A stretch of 64,000 nt of DNA. Source: Octopus bimaculoides. Lineage: Eukaryota. The notes beneath the pieces were generated by a model. It was not told where the DNA came from. It saw nothing but the letters and a program-made list of their open reading frames with translations, and did not search any database. Position numbers and translations under genes: made by a program. Positions 13,585-25,142 of this stretch are shown here, one piece after another (within the stretch, counting starts at the first letter, position 1; each line of letters begins with the position of its first letter). The stretch is taken from positions 3,215,286 to 3,279,285 of the forward strand of contig NC_068988.1 in the NCBI RefSeq assembly GCF_001194135.2, in the 5' to 3' direction.

Positions 13585-14231
13585 TCTCTAAGCAAAGTTA
13601 CCACATAGTAGGTACCTGGAACCTTATTGTTGTGTAGCAGAATTTCCAAACACACAAATATGCCACTTGCTAATATCAATATTGTTTCTATATGAAACCA
13701 GTTTCAATAACTCACAACTGACTCAGTGAAAGTCTACAAGATTCTTTACTATCTTTCCAAAAATAACTTTGGTCACTACTTTGAATTCTTCACCACTACA
13801 ACTTGTTGACAGATTTATTAAATGAAAAAGCAGTATAACACCATGACATCTGGAAACATGTTTTCATGCTCTAAACTGTCAAAGCATGGAATCAACCACT
13901 CACATCACCTGTTAGCTGTCAGGACACTGCATTCTTCAAATTTTCCATGTTTCTCAAAATTCACCAATACTATTCCAGATGTACACTATGCACCCTTTTC
14001 TTTTCGAGACTTTTTAACTCTTCATCCTTCAGTCTTTTGTGTTTTATTCTGTATATTTGTACTCCCGGCCTCCATTGCTGTCTCTCTTTACTTCGTTCAA
14101 GGCTGCTTTCTATCATCTCTTTCGTCCGTTCCTGATGAGTTGCATTGCACCTGAGCTTTGTATACAATAAGTTCATTACCATCATCATCATCAGCAGCAT
14201 CATCGTTGTCATCAACAACAACAGTGGCAAT

Positions 14232-14435
14232 CTGGCAGAGTCATTTGTGTGCCAGATAAACTGCTTAGGGGCAATACTTAAGGCTCTTTATGTTCTGAGT
14301 TCAAATCTTGCAGGGGTCAACTATACCTTTTATTTGTTTAGGGTCAATAAAATAAAGTGTAGGTCAAACACTAGGGGGTTGATATAATCAATTTACTTCC
14401 ACTCTTCTAAAATTGCTGGATTTGAGCCAAGATTT
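14232..14435 (+). mobile_element. tRNA-derived SINE (family B here), followed by (ATT)n
   Basis: GGCAATCTGGCAGAGTC head, GAGTTCAAATC B-box, AAAATTGCTGGATTTGAGCCAAGATTT tail; same family as the 19-24 kb cluster. Confidence 0.75.
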
Positions 14436-14459
14436 AAATAAATTATTATTATTATTGTA

Positions 14460-15130
14460 GATATTACACAGTATCTAATATTGTGATGTTGATTGAAGAT
14501 ATTGTGTTTACCGGGGGTTTGTGGTGTCTCTCAGTTCACAACAAGGATCTCAGACAGACAGTACTTTATGCAACATGTGTGCTGTTCCAAGTAATGCCAA
14601 TTTTTGCAATACACCAAGATTGTAAGGTATTTCTAAAGTTTCTGAATGTTTCTTCAGATTGGGTGATATTGAACCCAATGCTCTGATGACAATAGGGATA
14701 ACCTTTATGCTTGACTCTCGTAGCTGCCACATCTTAGCAATCTCAATTCTCAGGTCTCCATATTTATTAACCTTTTCTCATTCTTTCATGATGATATGTT
14801 GATCCCCTGGCATTACCACGTCAATTATTAGGCACTCTTGTTTGTCCCGCCTAAAGGTTATTATATCTGGCCTTTGGTGCACTCACACTTTGTCTGTCTG
14901 GAAATCAAAGTCCCAGAGGATTTTTGCCTTCCCCTTTTCATCCATTGCCTTTTCCGGTGTTATTATTATTATTGTTGTTGTTGTTGTTGTTGTTGTTATG
15001 AGACCATTTTGTCCAGGTTGTTTTGAAGCTGTTTCTTGCTCATGGTGCCACTGTGGTTGCAATTTCAAATTTAATCTTTTAAATATTATCCCAAATGGTG
15101 TATTGATCTATCCCCTTTTTGAGATGCTCA
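14460..15130 (-). mobile_element. R4/Dong-like RLE LINE 3' end with (AAT)n tail
   Basis: TPEKAMDEKGKAKILWDFDFQTDKV...MWQLRESSIKVIPIVIRALGSISPNLKKHSETLEIPYNLGVLQKLALLGTAHMLHKVLSV*, short 3'UTR, then (AAT)n on the element strand. Confidence 0.88.
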
Positions 15131-15891
15131 CAATTCCAAAATTCCTGTAAATGGTAGATCAGTTGGAATTACTTTAACTTCTCTCTTTTGTTGTGACAAT
15201 TATTTTCAATATCTGTGTCTCACACTTTATGGACTTCATTTTTTCTTCTTGACTTCAATTTCTTTTAATTCAGTTTCATCAATCTGCTCTCTGCTTCTTC
15301 TCATTCTATGCTAACACTGATGTGCTGTGTCAACTCGGTAAAGGCATCGTCTTTCATTTTTTTTTTTCATCTTTTCTTTTCTTCTATAGATGAATAAGTT
15401 GGTATCTCATTCTATTGTTTCTTTCTCTCATGCATGTAATAAATGTTACTGTTAGAATCGGTTGTAAAGTACAAGTTGTTTCACTTTTCTTCTGCTCTGC
15501 GTAATGGTGTCAATGAACAGAGACATTAGTGAAACGAAATGTAAGCTTAATATTTAAAGAATAAAAACAAGCAATCAAACACAGCTTTCAGTCATCAGGT
15601 TTTAAATGTGTAGCTTCGTTTGTGTTCTTTGCTTTTAGCTTTTTATAAATGAGAGTAAAGAAAAAATGTCTTGTTATGGTGTGTATGTGTGTGTGATGCT
15701 TGTTTGTCTGTGTGTGTGTGTGTTTGTGCATGTGTATGTGTGTGTGTTTGTGTATGTGTGAGCATCCATAATTATTTACATAGATAGCTACATACATATA
15801 TATCATCATCATCATCATAATCATCATAATCATCATCATTACTATCATCATCACCATCATCATAATCATCATTACTATCATCATCATTTAG

Positions 15892-16089
15892 TCCTTTAGC
15901 ATTTAAGCTGGCCAAATCCAGGCCAAATATTCTGTTTTATGTTCAAACTGGGCAGATCCAGCCTCCCACACCTACTTTGTAATGTGAATCACATCATCAA
16001 AATCTTGAAGCTACATAATACAGTTTTAATCTTTAAAAATGTAAATAAATAAGCATAAAATTTGACAGAGTAATTTGAATGCTAAAAGG
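15892..16089. mobile_element. piggyBac-type MITE
   Basis: Ends CCTTTAGCATT...AATGCTAAAAGG form inverted termini. TTAA lies immediately to the right (16090-16093); the left TSD is degenerate. A related fragment lies near 60090-60270. Confidence 0.65.
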
Positions 16090-16093
16090 TTAA

Positions 16094-16300
16094 CATCCGT
16101 TTTCCATGCTGGCATGGGTTGGACGGTTTTGACAGGATCCAGTATGCCAATTATCCTCGTTGGCATGGTTTCTATGGCTGGATGCTCTTCCTAACGCCAA
16201 CCTCTTTGCAGAATGGATTGGATGCTTTTTTTTTTTTGCGGCACCAGCATCAGTGGGGTCATTAAGTAACCAGCAAGACAAAGTCCCCTGAGATGTGAGC
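16094..16300. mobile_element. RTE-tail-related SINE (family C)
   Basis: CCGTTTTCCATGCTGGCATGGGTTGGACGG...CTATGGCTGGATGCTCTTCCTAACGCCAACC. Related copies at about 18740-19060, 37880-38120, 38820-38990, 46680-46800 and 50365-50805. Confidence 0.7.
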
Positions 16301-17123
16301 AGGGTGTAGTATAGAGGGAAGAGGTTTTGTGACAGGAGATGAGAAGTTAAAAGAATAATAGAGAGAGATAGAGACACATGTATTGCTTTAGAGGAGATAT
16401 GAGGATACTCCGATTGGAAAAAAGAGCAAGAAAGAGAGGGTAAGAGAAAGAGAGGGTAAGAGAAAGAGAGGGTAAGAGAAAGAGAGGGTAAGAGAAAGAG
16501 AGGGAGAGACAGACAGAAAAAGATAGAAAGAGACAGAGTTAGAGAGAGAGACAGACAGAGTGTATGTGAGAGAGATGGTGGTCATGATGTGCCAGGACAC
16601 ACCCTCAGGGTACAGTGGGGAGGTGAATGTAGATGAAGCAATATAAAGGATTGGACTTGATGAATGGGAGGTGGGGATAGCAGGCGAACTTACAAGCATT
16701 TCAAAACCTAATAACATGATTATTCTCAGCCAATCAAATTCTATCCAAAACTAATTTAAGTCAGGTTTTCTCTATAAAAACGAGAGAATTTTTGAATTCA
16801 AATCAAAAGCAAGATAGTTGCAACATAACTCCATTCTATGTCAACTTTTGAAAATCAGAGAATTTTGTGAAACTGGTCAAGTTTAAAAGGATCATAATGC
16901 TTGATTTCATTTCTGTTGCCTTGTTCCATTTTTTGCACCAAACTTCGTCACGTTTTTTCCCCGTTTTTCTTATTTTCTTACTGTCTAGCATCCTTGTTTC
17001 TATAACGCGTCAACAAATCCTGAAAGACTGCTTTAAGATACCAGGTGTACTTTATAAATATGTCTGATCAAGTATCCCAAAAACCTGAAACTATTAGTAG
17101 CTCTTTTGGTTGTGTATTTAATT

Positions 17124-17210
<87 letters not shown>

Positions 17211-17845
17211 CAAGGGGTTACTCAAAAGAAACCGGAATTTTGCAATATATTTTATTTACTTTGTTTTACATGTTTACTTTTTTATTGCCTTCAAATTATT
17301 CTCCAATTGAAGCAATGCATCTGTCTCAAAATTTGTTGGCAGGAGCTCCAGGACACACCAGTCATATCAACAAGTTCATCAATTGTTCAGTGATGGTCCT
17401 CCAAAACCAGTTCATAAATTTTCATGATGTTTTCATTTGTTCAAGAGGTTGATGGACGCCCTGAATGAGATTGGTCTTCAAGCAACATGTGACCATTCCT
17501 AAAGCATGATGAAAACCACTCATAAACTTGTCTTTTGCTCAATGCAGCATCCTTGTAAGTTGTTTGAAGTGGGACAACTGTTTCAGCTGCTGTTTTCCCC
17601 AGCAGAAAACAGAATTTTATGGAAGCATGCTGTTTCTTTGTTTCGGCCATTGTAAAAATCTACATCCAGTGGAGAAGCACTGAATAGCAAAGACACACCA
17701 TGTGGCAGTAGGACTACACTTGACAATGCTGGTTGGTATACTGATGCCTGAGGGTTGCATGAAGTGGCTTCTAACAGTGCAAGCCTGAGCTACAATGGGA
17801 TTGTCCCACAGAGAATGTTTCTGGTTACTTTTGGATACCCCCTCG
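17211..17845 (-). mobile_element. non-autonomous mariner deletion derivative with both TIRs and TA TSD
   Basis: TIRs CAAGGGGTTACTCAAAAGAAACCGGAA and CGAGGGGGTATCCAAAAGTAACCAGAA, TA on both sides. Encodes the mariner N-terminal HTH MAETKKQHASIKFCFLLGKTAAETV...VYEWF...LEDQSHSGRPSTS; the catalytic domain is deleted. Confidence 0.9.
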
Positions 17846-19197
17846 TATGTGTATATATCCTCATCATCATTATTGTCATTATATAACATTCATCTTCCTC
17901 GCTTGGGCTGGATGGCTCGAAAGAAACTGGTGATTTGAAGAACAGCATTTTACTCTCTGTGTCTACTTCGGCACAATATGTGTGCACAAGTGTGTGTCAA
18001 TCCTTGCATATGTGCATATATATATATACGTCTTCCATTATCCAAAGAGTGACATTTAATTTTATCCATTTTCATTCAAGTTCCAAACAAACATTAAAGA
18101 CATATTTCTTGCTTAAATTTTTCACAGTCTAAAAACCTGTTTTATCCTATGTTTAACCCCCTTTGTATTAATAATCTTTAGCAATTCTACAATGGTACCA
18201 AGCGTACCGTTTTTTATTTTGCTGCAACACTTTACAAGTTTAAAATTAAATAAATTAGTTCCTTGTTGTAGATTTTACCAGAGAAACAGTAAAATAACTT
18301 TTAGTGAATGGATTTTGCCTTCATTTCATTAGAAAAATTGTAAATAGGAAATATTCTTATAGTCAAGACAAACGCAAAGGTCGTAGCAACGTTATTGGAA
18401 GTTTATGGAAAATGTCAATAATTTATTTAGTTTTAGCATCATAAAGGTTTGTAGTTAAGTAGTCAAGTAAAATGCCTGTGAGTTAAAAATAAAACAATAG
18501 TGTCCTAGAATTGAAAACATGGTTAATGAAATGGTATTTACACAGAACAAATGATTTTTTGAAGGAGTTATTAACAATTTCAAGCATTAGTATTTCTTCG
18601 GTGAAAGTTAAGAACTCATAAGAAGCGGAATAAAACTGTCACCATTCATTCAGTGAAGCTCTCTTGTTTTCTCTCTCTCTCTTGTTTTCTCTCTCTCTCT
18701 CCCTCTCTCATATCATCGTTGTCTTCATCATTTTACACCTGATCTCTATGCTGGCGTGAGTTAGATGGGCCATTATGATTCACCTTGGTTCTTATTGGGA
18801 TCCATAAACCGCTGCTCATATGTCCCCTTCACCTTAGTTGCTATGGCTGGATGACCATTCTATCTCTAACCAGTTTACAAAATGTTCTACTTGTATTTTC
18901 TCATGACACCAACACTAGAGAGATCAATTAGTCTTTGACAAATCAGGACAAGGGGAACCCCACAACCCGACATTTTCTCATTTGCTAACCATTTAAAATG
19001 TGTTCTGGGTGTATTTTTCATGACACCAGCACTACAGAGGTTGTCTTGCTCTCTGTTCACCGGTCGAAGGTGAGCAATGGTAGAATAGTGGTTGTCGGTT
19101 CCATAATGGCACTGGCACCAGAATAGAAGCCATGCTAAGCATTTTCTCCAGAATGCTAATGGTTCTTCCAGTTCACTGCCTTAATGATAATAATAAA

Positions 19198-19637
19198 GGT
19201 TTCAAATTTTGGTACATTGCTGGCATTTTCAGGGATGGGGATAAGTTGAATATATTGACCCCAGTAATCAACTGGTACTTATTCTATTGATCTCCAAGAA
19301 AAATAAAATGCAAAGTCGACCTTGGTGGAATTTGAACTCAGAATGTAGCAACGAGTGAAATACCACAAAGCATTTTGTCCAGCATGCTAACAATTCTGCC
19401 AGTTTGCCACCTTAACAATAATAATAATGGTTTCAAATTTTGCCACAAGGGCAGCCATTTTGGAGTAGGGGATGAATAGATTACATCGACCCCAGTATTT
19501 CACTGGAACTTAATTCATCAACCCTGAAAGGATGAAAGCAAAGTCGACCTCGGCAGAATTTGAACTCAAAACACCAATGGGTGAAATACCGCTAAGCGTT
19601 CAATCTAGCATGCTAGTGATTCTGCCAGCTCACTGCC

Positions 19638-19638
<1 letters not shown>
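19198..19638 (-). mobile_element. two tandem family-B SINEs separated by (AAT)n
   Basis: Copies at 19198-19412 and 19429-19638, each reading GGTTTCAAATTTTG...GTCGACCT...GAATTTGAACTCA...ATTCTGCCAG on the plus strand. Confidence 0.85.
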
Positions 19639-19675
<37 letters not shown>

Positions 19676-19704
19676 CTTTTCTACTAAAGGCACAAGGCCT
19701 AATA

Positions 19705-19754
<50 letters not shown>

Positions 19755-20049
19755 TAAATGCCCTGATGCAGATCAGGCAGTGTCTCTCATGGCTTCTCAT
19801 CTTAATTGATTGGAAGTGTTATCATGTACAATGTTTTGTCTTGGTATAATAGATGGGTTACAGCAAATATTCTGCTCAATACCACAGATGGAAAGTAAAG
19901 TTAATCTTGGCAGGATTTGAACCTAGAGTACAAAGAACCAGAACAATTACTGCAAAACATCTTTGATCTTTTAAACTGATGATGACAGTGACAGAGGCAA
20001 CAACAACAGCAACAACAAAAGCGATGCTGATGGTGATGATGCTGAACAG

Positions 20050-20535
20050 TCAGAGCATTTGTGAAAAAAAAGAATAGGCACTACTAAAGAAATGACATTA
20101 CATGAGCCAATTCTGCAGAAATACAAAGGGAACAATTATGATTCATCATAAGAATGGTTGCAGAATGGAGATTTAAAGAGAGAAGAAGAAAGTGTATTGG
20201 TAACTGCTCAAGATCAAGCACTAAATACTAATTCAGGGAGTAAGGATATTTATTGCATCACCAATGCTGCCTATGTAATGAACACATGGAAAATATTGAT
20301 TATATTGCAGCAAGTTGTAAAATGATGGCTTACAAGGAATGTAAGTGATGCCATGATGTGCTCTACTTCAATTTACACTGGTCCCTTTGTAAAAAATTCT
20401 GATATTCTACTTCAGACAAGTGGTCTAATCAAGACCAGAGAAGTTCTAAATGAACCTGGCAAATCAAAAATTCTATAAAACTTTAACATCCAGACACACA
20501 AGATCATTGAACGATGCAGACCAGATATCATTAGG
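20050..20535 (+). mobile_element. R4/Dong-like RLE LINE fragment (zinc knuckle to RLE start)
   Basis: WLQNGDLKREEESVLVTAQDQALNTN...NEHMENIDYIAASCKMMA...CHDVLYFNLHWSLCKK...KSKIL*NFNIQTHKIIERCRPDII. Confidence 0.85.
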
Positions 20536-20552
20536 CATCACATGAATGCGTT

Positions 20553-21086
20553 GAACTGACAGAGTTGTTACCATTCCAGGCAAAATGATTTGCAACACTC
20601 TCTCTAGCCTTGAATTCTGATTTCAAATGTTGGCAAGGTCAACTTTGCCTGTTCTCCTTTCGAGATTGATAAAATAAGTGCAAGTCGAGAAATAGAGTCG
20701 AAATAATCCACTCACGCCCTCCCCTCCAAAAATCGATGGTCTTGTACCAAAATTCGAGATCATGACACGAGGTATGGGCAAAAGGGAATGTTTCATAATA
20801 AACCTTGTAACTCCTTCAGAAAATGAAAACAAAGCAAAAAAAAATTGCAGATTAAGAAGTTGGAAAATATTTGAAAACAGTGATTTTAAATTTTGGCACA
20901 AGGCCAGCAATATTTTGGTGGGTGGGGTATTAAGTTGATTACATCAATCCCAGTTCATGACTTGTAGTTATTTTATCATTCCTAAAAAGATAAAAGGCAA
21001 AGTCGATCCTGGTGGCATTTGAACTCAAAATATGAAGTCAGATAAAATGGATTTTACCTGGCATGCTAACAATTCTGTCAGCTTCA
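20553..21086. mobile_element. two family-B SINEs, tail to tail (20553-20760 plus; 20881-21086 minus)
   Basis: Same head, core and tail motifs as the other family-B copies. Confidence 0.75.
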
Positions 21087-21264
21087 GAGACATTAAGAAG
21101 TGTGTGTGTGTGTATGCATGTACACACATGTGTGAGTGTGTGTGTGTGCTTGTTTGCATGTGTGTGTGTGTGTGTGTGGTGGGGTGTTACTCAATGGAGG
21201 AAAGTTGCATTTGTTATATTTGGAAAAACGCTGGGACCACCTGGAATGGTTTACTATTAAGATA

Positions 21265-21680
21265 CGAGGTGGTACCCAAAAGTAACCAGAAACATTCTCA
21301 GTGGGAGAAGCCCATTGTAGTTCTGGCTTCTGCTGCTAGAAGCCACTTGATGCAATCCTCAGGCATCAGCGTTGTTAAGTGCAGTCCAATTGCCACATGG
21401 TATGTCTTTGTTTTGCAGTGCTTCTCCCCTATTTGTCAATTTTTGCTATGGCTGAAATGAAGAAATTCGATTTTCTGCTGGGGAAAACAGTGGCTGAAAC
21501 AGTTGTCATGTATCAAACAGCTTACAAGGATGCTGCCATGAGCAAAATACAAGATGGTGAGTGGTTTTTATGCTTTAAGAATGGCCACTTGTTGCTTGAA
21601 GACCAATCTTGTTCAGGGTGACCATTGACCTCCTGACCGAATGAAAACATCATGAAAATTCATGAACTGATCTTTTCTCA
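21265..21680 (+). mobile_element. 5' half of the same non-autonomous mariner family as 17211-17845
   Basis: TA-CGAGGTGGTACCCAAAAGTAACCAGAA TIR; MAEMKK..FDFLLGKTVAETVVMYQTAYKDAAMSKIQDGEWFLCFKNGHLLLEDQSCSG. Confidence 0.88.
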
Positions 21681-21792
21681 TTGAAGCAGCTTATATTGTC
21701 AGTAAAGTATTTTCTGTTTAAGATCATTTGTTAAGGCATAAAAGTTTAAGTGAGAAAAAAATGCATGCCAGAACCATCTGTGTAATGGAGAA

Positions 21793-21837
<45 letters not shown>

Positions 21838-21838
21838 G

Positions 21839-22150
21839 CCATGTGTTGAGAGGAATTCTTTGGGGTTTGAATAATTCACCTCTGGAAACATGGGTGTTTT
21901 GTTCAACATCCTTAAATAACCCTTATTCAGGGACTATTTGAGTGGGATCAGCTACTCGATCTGAAGAAAATTCTAACTGGGCCTCACCTGCAAGGTCATA
22001 TGCTGTTTATCTTGATATGAGGTCACCATGTTGTGCACATGTGGTTGTGATGCATGTGCCTGGTGTACCCGTATCAGACAGGTAGTCAAGATGGGTATAT
22101 TGGGCTTCGTATATTTTACCCCAGTGTCACTTTGATGGCACTGCTCTCTC
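21839..22150. mobile_element. SINE-like element (different family) bracketed by (AAT)n
   Basis: GC-richer 312-bp block with sharp boundaries between (AAT)n runs at about 21795-21838 and 22151-22168. Confidence 0.55.
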
Positions 22151-22270
22151 AATAATAATAATAATAAGCAGGTAGCATGGTGCCATAGGCTGCAGGTAGC
22201 AAGCCCACTACGCATGCAAGGTTCCAGGAATTCTAGCAAAACCTGTCATAAAAAGAAATAATAATGATAG

Positions 22271-24113
22271 TGGTTTCAAATTTTGGCACAAGGCCAGCAA
22301 TTTCAGGAGAGGGAACAGTCGATAACATCGACCACAATGCTCAAAGGACCTTAAAAGCATGAAAGGTAAAGTTGACCTCAGCAGAGTTTGAACTCAGAAA
22401 CTAAAATCAGACAAAATGCCATGAAGCATTTTTTTTACCTGACATGTTAATGATTCTGCTGCTGCTGATAATGACGATGGTGATCTTATGTTGGTAAAAG
22501 GCCAGCAATTTTGAGAGGAAAGTCAATGACATTTTCCACAGTACTTTGACCTCGAAGGGATGAAAGACAAAGTTGACCTCACTGGTATTTAAACTCTGAA
22601 TGTTAAGGAATCGGTACTAAATACCACAAGTTATTTTATCAACTAATAATTTTGTCTGCTATCGATACAAGGCATGAAATTTTGGCACGAGGGGTAAATC
22701 AATTATATCAACCCCCAATACACAACTGGTACTTATTTTATCAACCCTGAAAAGATGAAAGACAAAATCGACCTCAGCGGAATTTGAACTCAGAACATGC
22801 AGACAGACAAAGTGTTGTTAAGCATTCTGCCCAACATGCTAGTGATTCAGCCAGCTCACTACAATAACAACAACAACAATAATAACAATAACAATAATAA
22901 TTGGTTTACTATCCATGCAGGAAGGGCAAAAGATTGTCACACATAGTGAGAAGAGCATTGTCACTGAATTTTCTTTCCTTTTTCCCTTTCATTTTCTTTG
23001 TTTCTTTTCCTTTTTTCTTATTTCCTTCTTTCCTTTTTCTCTCTGTCTTTCTTCCACTTTTTTTTGTCATGTAACTTTGTAAAGGAACAATCTGATGTCT
23101 TTGTTTTGATGGCCTACCAGTGAATAGAGTGAGTTTCTTTGCTCTGGGTGTTGAGAAGACACTCAGCAAGAAATGGAATCAAAATTGAAGGACGAAGAAT
23201 GATAATAATAATGATTTCAAATTTTTTTCCACAAAGGCAGCTTGGGGGAGGGAATTAAATCAATTAGATCGACCCCAATGCTCAACTGTTACTTATTTAA
23301 TCTACCCTGAAAGGATGAACGGCAAAGTCGACCTTGGCAGAATTTGAACTCAGAACACGAAGACAAATGAAATGCCACTTACCATTTTGCTCAGGGTGCA
23401 ACTAATTCAATGAGCTTGCTGCCTAAATAATAATAATAACAACAATAATAATAATAATAATAATAATAATGATAACGACAACAACAACAACAACAACAAC
23501 AACAGTAATAATCCTTTTTAATTTAGGTGCAAGTCCTGAAATTTTGAGGAAGGAGGCAAGTCGATTACATCGACCCCAGTGCTCAACTGGTACTTGATAT
23601 ATCGACCCCGAAAGGATGAAAGACAAAGTCGACCTTGAAAGAATTTGAACTCAGCATGTAAAGAAAGGTGACATGTAACTAAACATCTTGCCTAATGTGT
23701 TAACGATTCTGCCGGCTCACTATCCTAATAATAATAATAAATAATAATAATAATCCTTTCTACTATAGGCTCAAGGCTTGAAATTTTGGGGGAAAGGCAA
23801 AGTTGATTAGATCGACCCCAATATGCAACAGGTACTTTTGCTTGACATGCTAATGATTCTGCCATCTTGCCATAATAATAATAATAAGATTGGTTTCAAA
23901 TTTTGGCACAAGGCCAGCAATATGAGGGGAGCAGAGGAAGTTGATTGCATTGACCCCAGTGCTCAACTGGAGTTTATTTCCTTAACCCCCCCCCTCTCCG
24001 AAGAATGAAAGGCAAAATTGACCTTGACGGAGTTTGAACTCAGAACCTAAAGACAGAGAAAATGCCACTAAGCATTTTGCCCAGTGTGCTAATGATTTTG
24101 CCAGCTCACCACC
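22271..24113 (-). mobile_element. array of about 7 head-to-tail family-B SINEs with (AAT)n/(AAC)n spacers
   Basis: Copies at about 22271-22465, 22490-22640, 22655-22860, 23211-23425, 23511-23725, 23754-23870 (internally deleted) and 23891-24113, all in the same orientation. Confidence 0.85.
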
Positions 24114-24122
24114 TTAATAATG

Positions 24123-24167
<45 letters not shown>

Positions 24168-24239
24168 GTATTAATCACATTTTTATGATGATTTCCCTTT
24201 ACAATAAATACAGTCAAGTGTATGCTTTTCAAACAGTTT

Positions 24240-24418
24240 TCCCTTCCCTAAAAATCTGATTGATATGTATATACACACTAACATGTATACATACATCTGT
24301 GTGTGCGTGTGGTTGTATTTATATGTATATTTATGTATGTACAGGTATGTATGTGCATATATATATACATATATGCACACATAAACATATAAATATATAT
24401 ATATATGTACATATATGC

Positions 24419-24458
<40 letters not shown>

Positions 24459-24546
24459 ACCCACACACACATGTAAATATATACATGTCTGTGTGTGTGC
24501 ACATGTGTGTAAATATATATGCATAAATATATGTGTAGGTATATAT

Positions 24547-24612
<66 letters not shown>

Positions 24613-24623
24613 CTATATAAATT

Positions 24624-24665
<42 letters not shown>

Positions 24666-24790
24666 AATAAATAGATATATAGATATATATATATACATAT
24701 ATAATATATATACATCTACATAATATGCACATACACATACATACATACACACACTCACATATATATGTACACTCACACACACATGTATGT
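24240..24790. repeat. compound (TA)n/(TG)n/(TATG)n microsatellite field
   Basis: Direct reading; source of several HT, CV and YI ORFs. Confidence 0.95.
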
Positions 24791-25073
24791 TTGTATGTAT
24801 GTATGTGTTTCTCTCTCCAAGACAGATAGATAAACTGCTATCAGAATGATATAATCACAATGGCTTGCAGTTTATATTTTAGTTTCCTTTTTTTTTTACA
24901 TTCTTTATATTCTATTTTCTTTTTTTCCTTTTATTCAAGAAGATCAAATGTATTCATATCATTTTATATTAGTAATTTTTTTTATGTTTCCGATCAATTG
25001 ACGTTAGTTTTTAACCAAAATGCTCTGCAGTAATATCTTTTGCAATTTTATTATTATTATTTTTTTTTTTGTG

Positions 25074-25142
<69 letters not shown>

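Noticed and set aside
15585-15605. Minus-strand CUGAUGA-CU-GAAA (also CUGAUGA near 14133 and 3395)
   Set aside because: No stem II, or no GAAA and stems I/III in register; not hammerheads.
22271-24113. Repeat-spacer periodicity resembling a CRISPR array
   Set aside because: Units are about 200-bp SINEs separated by microsatellites in eukaryotic DNA; no cas genes and no unique spacers.
24183-24666. HT-, CV- and YI-rich ORFs (also 32-33 kb, 35.6 kb, 37 kb, 45 kb)
   Set aside because: Translations of di-, tri- and tetranucleotide microsatellites.
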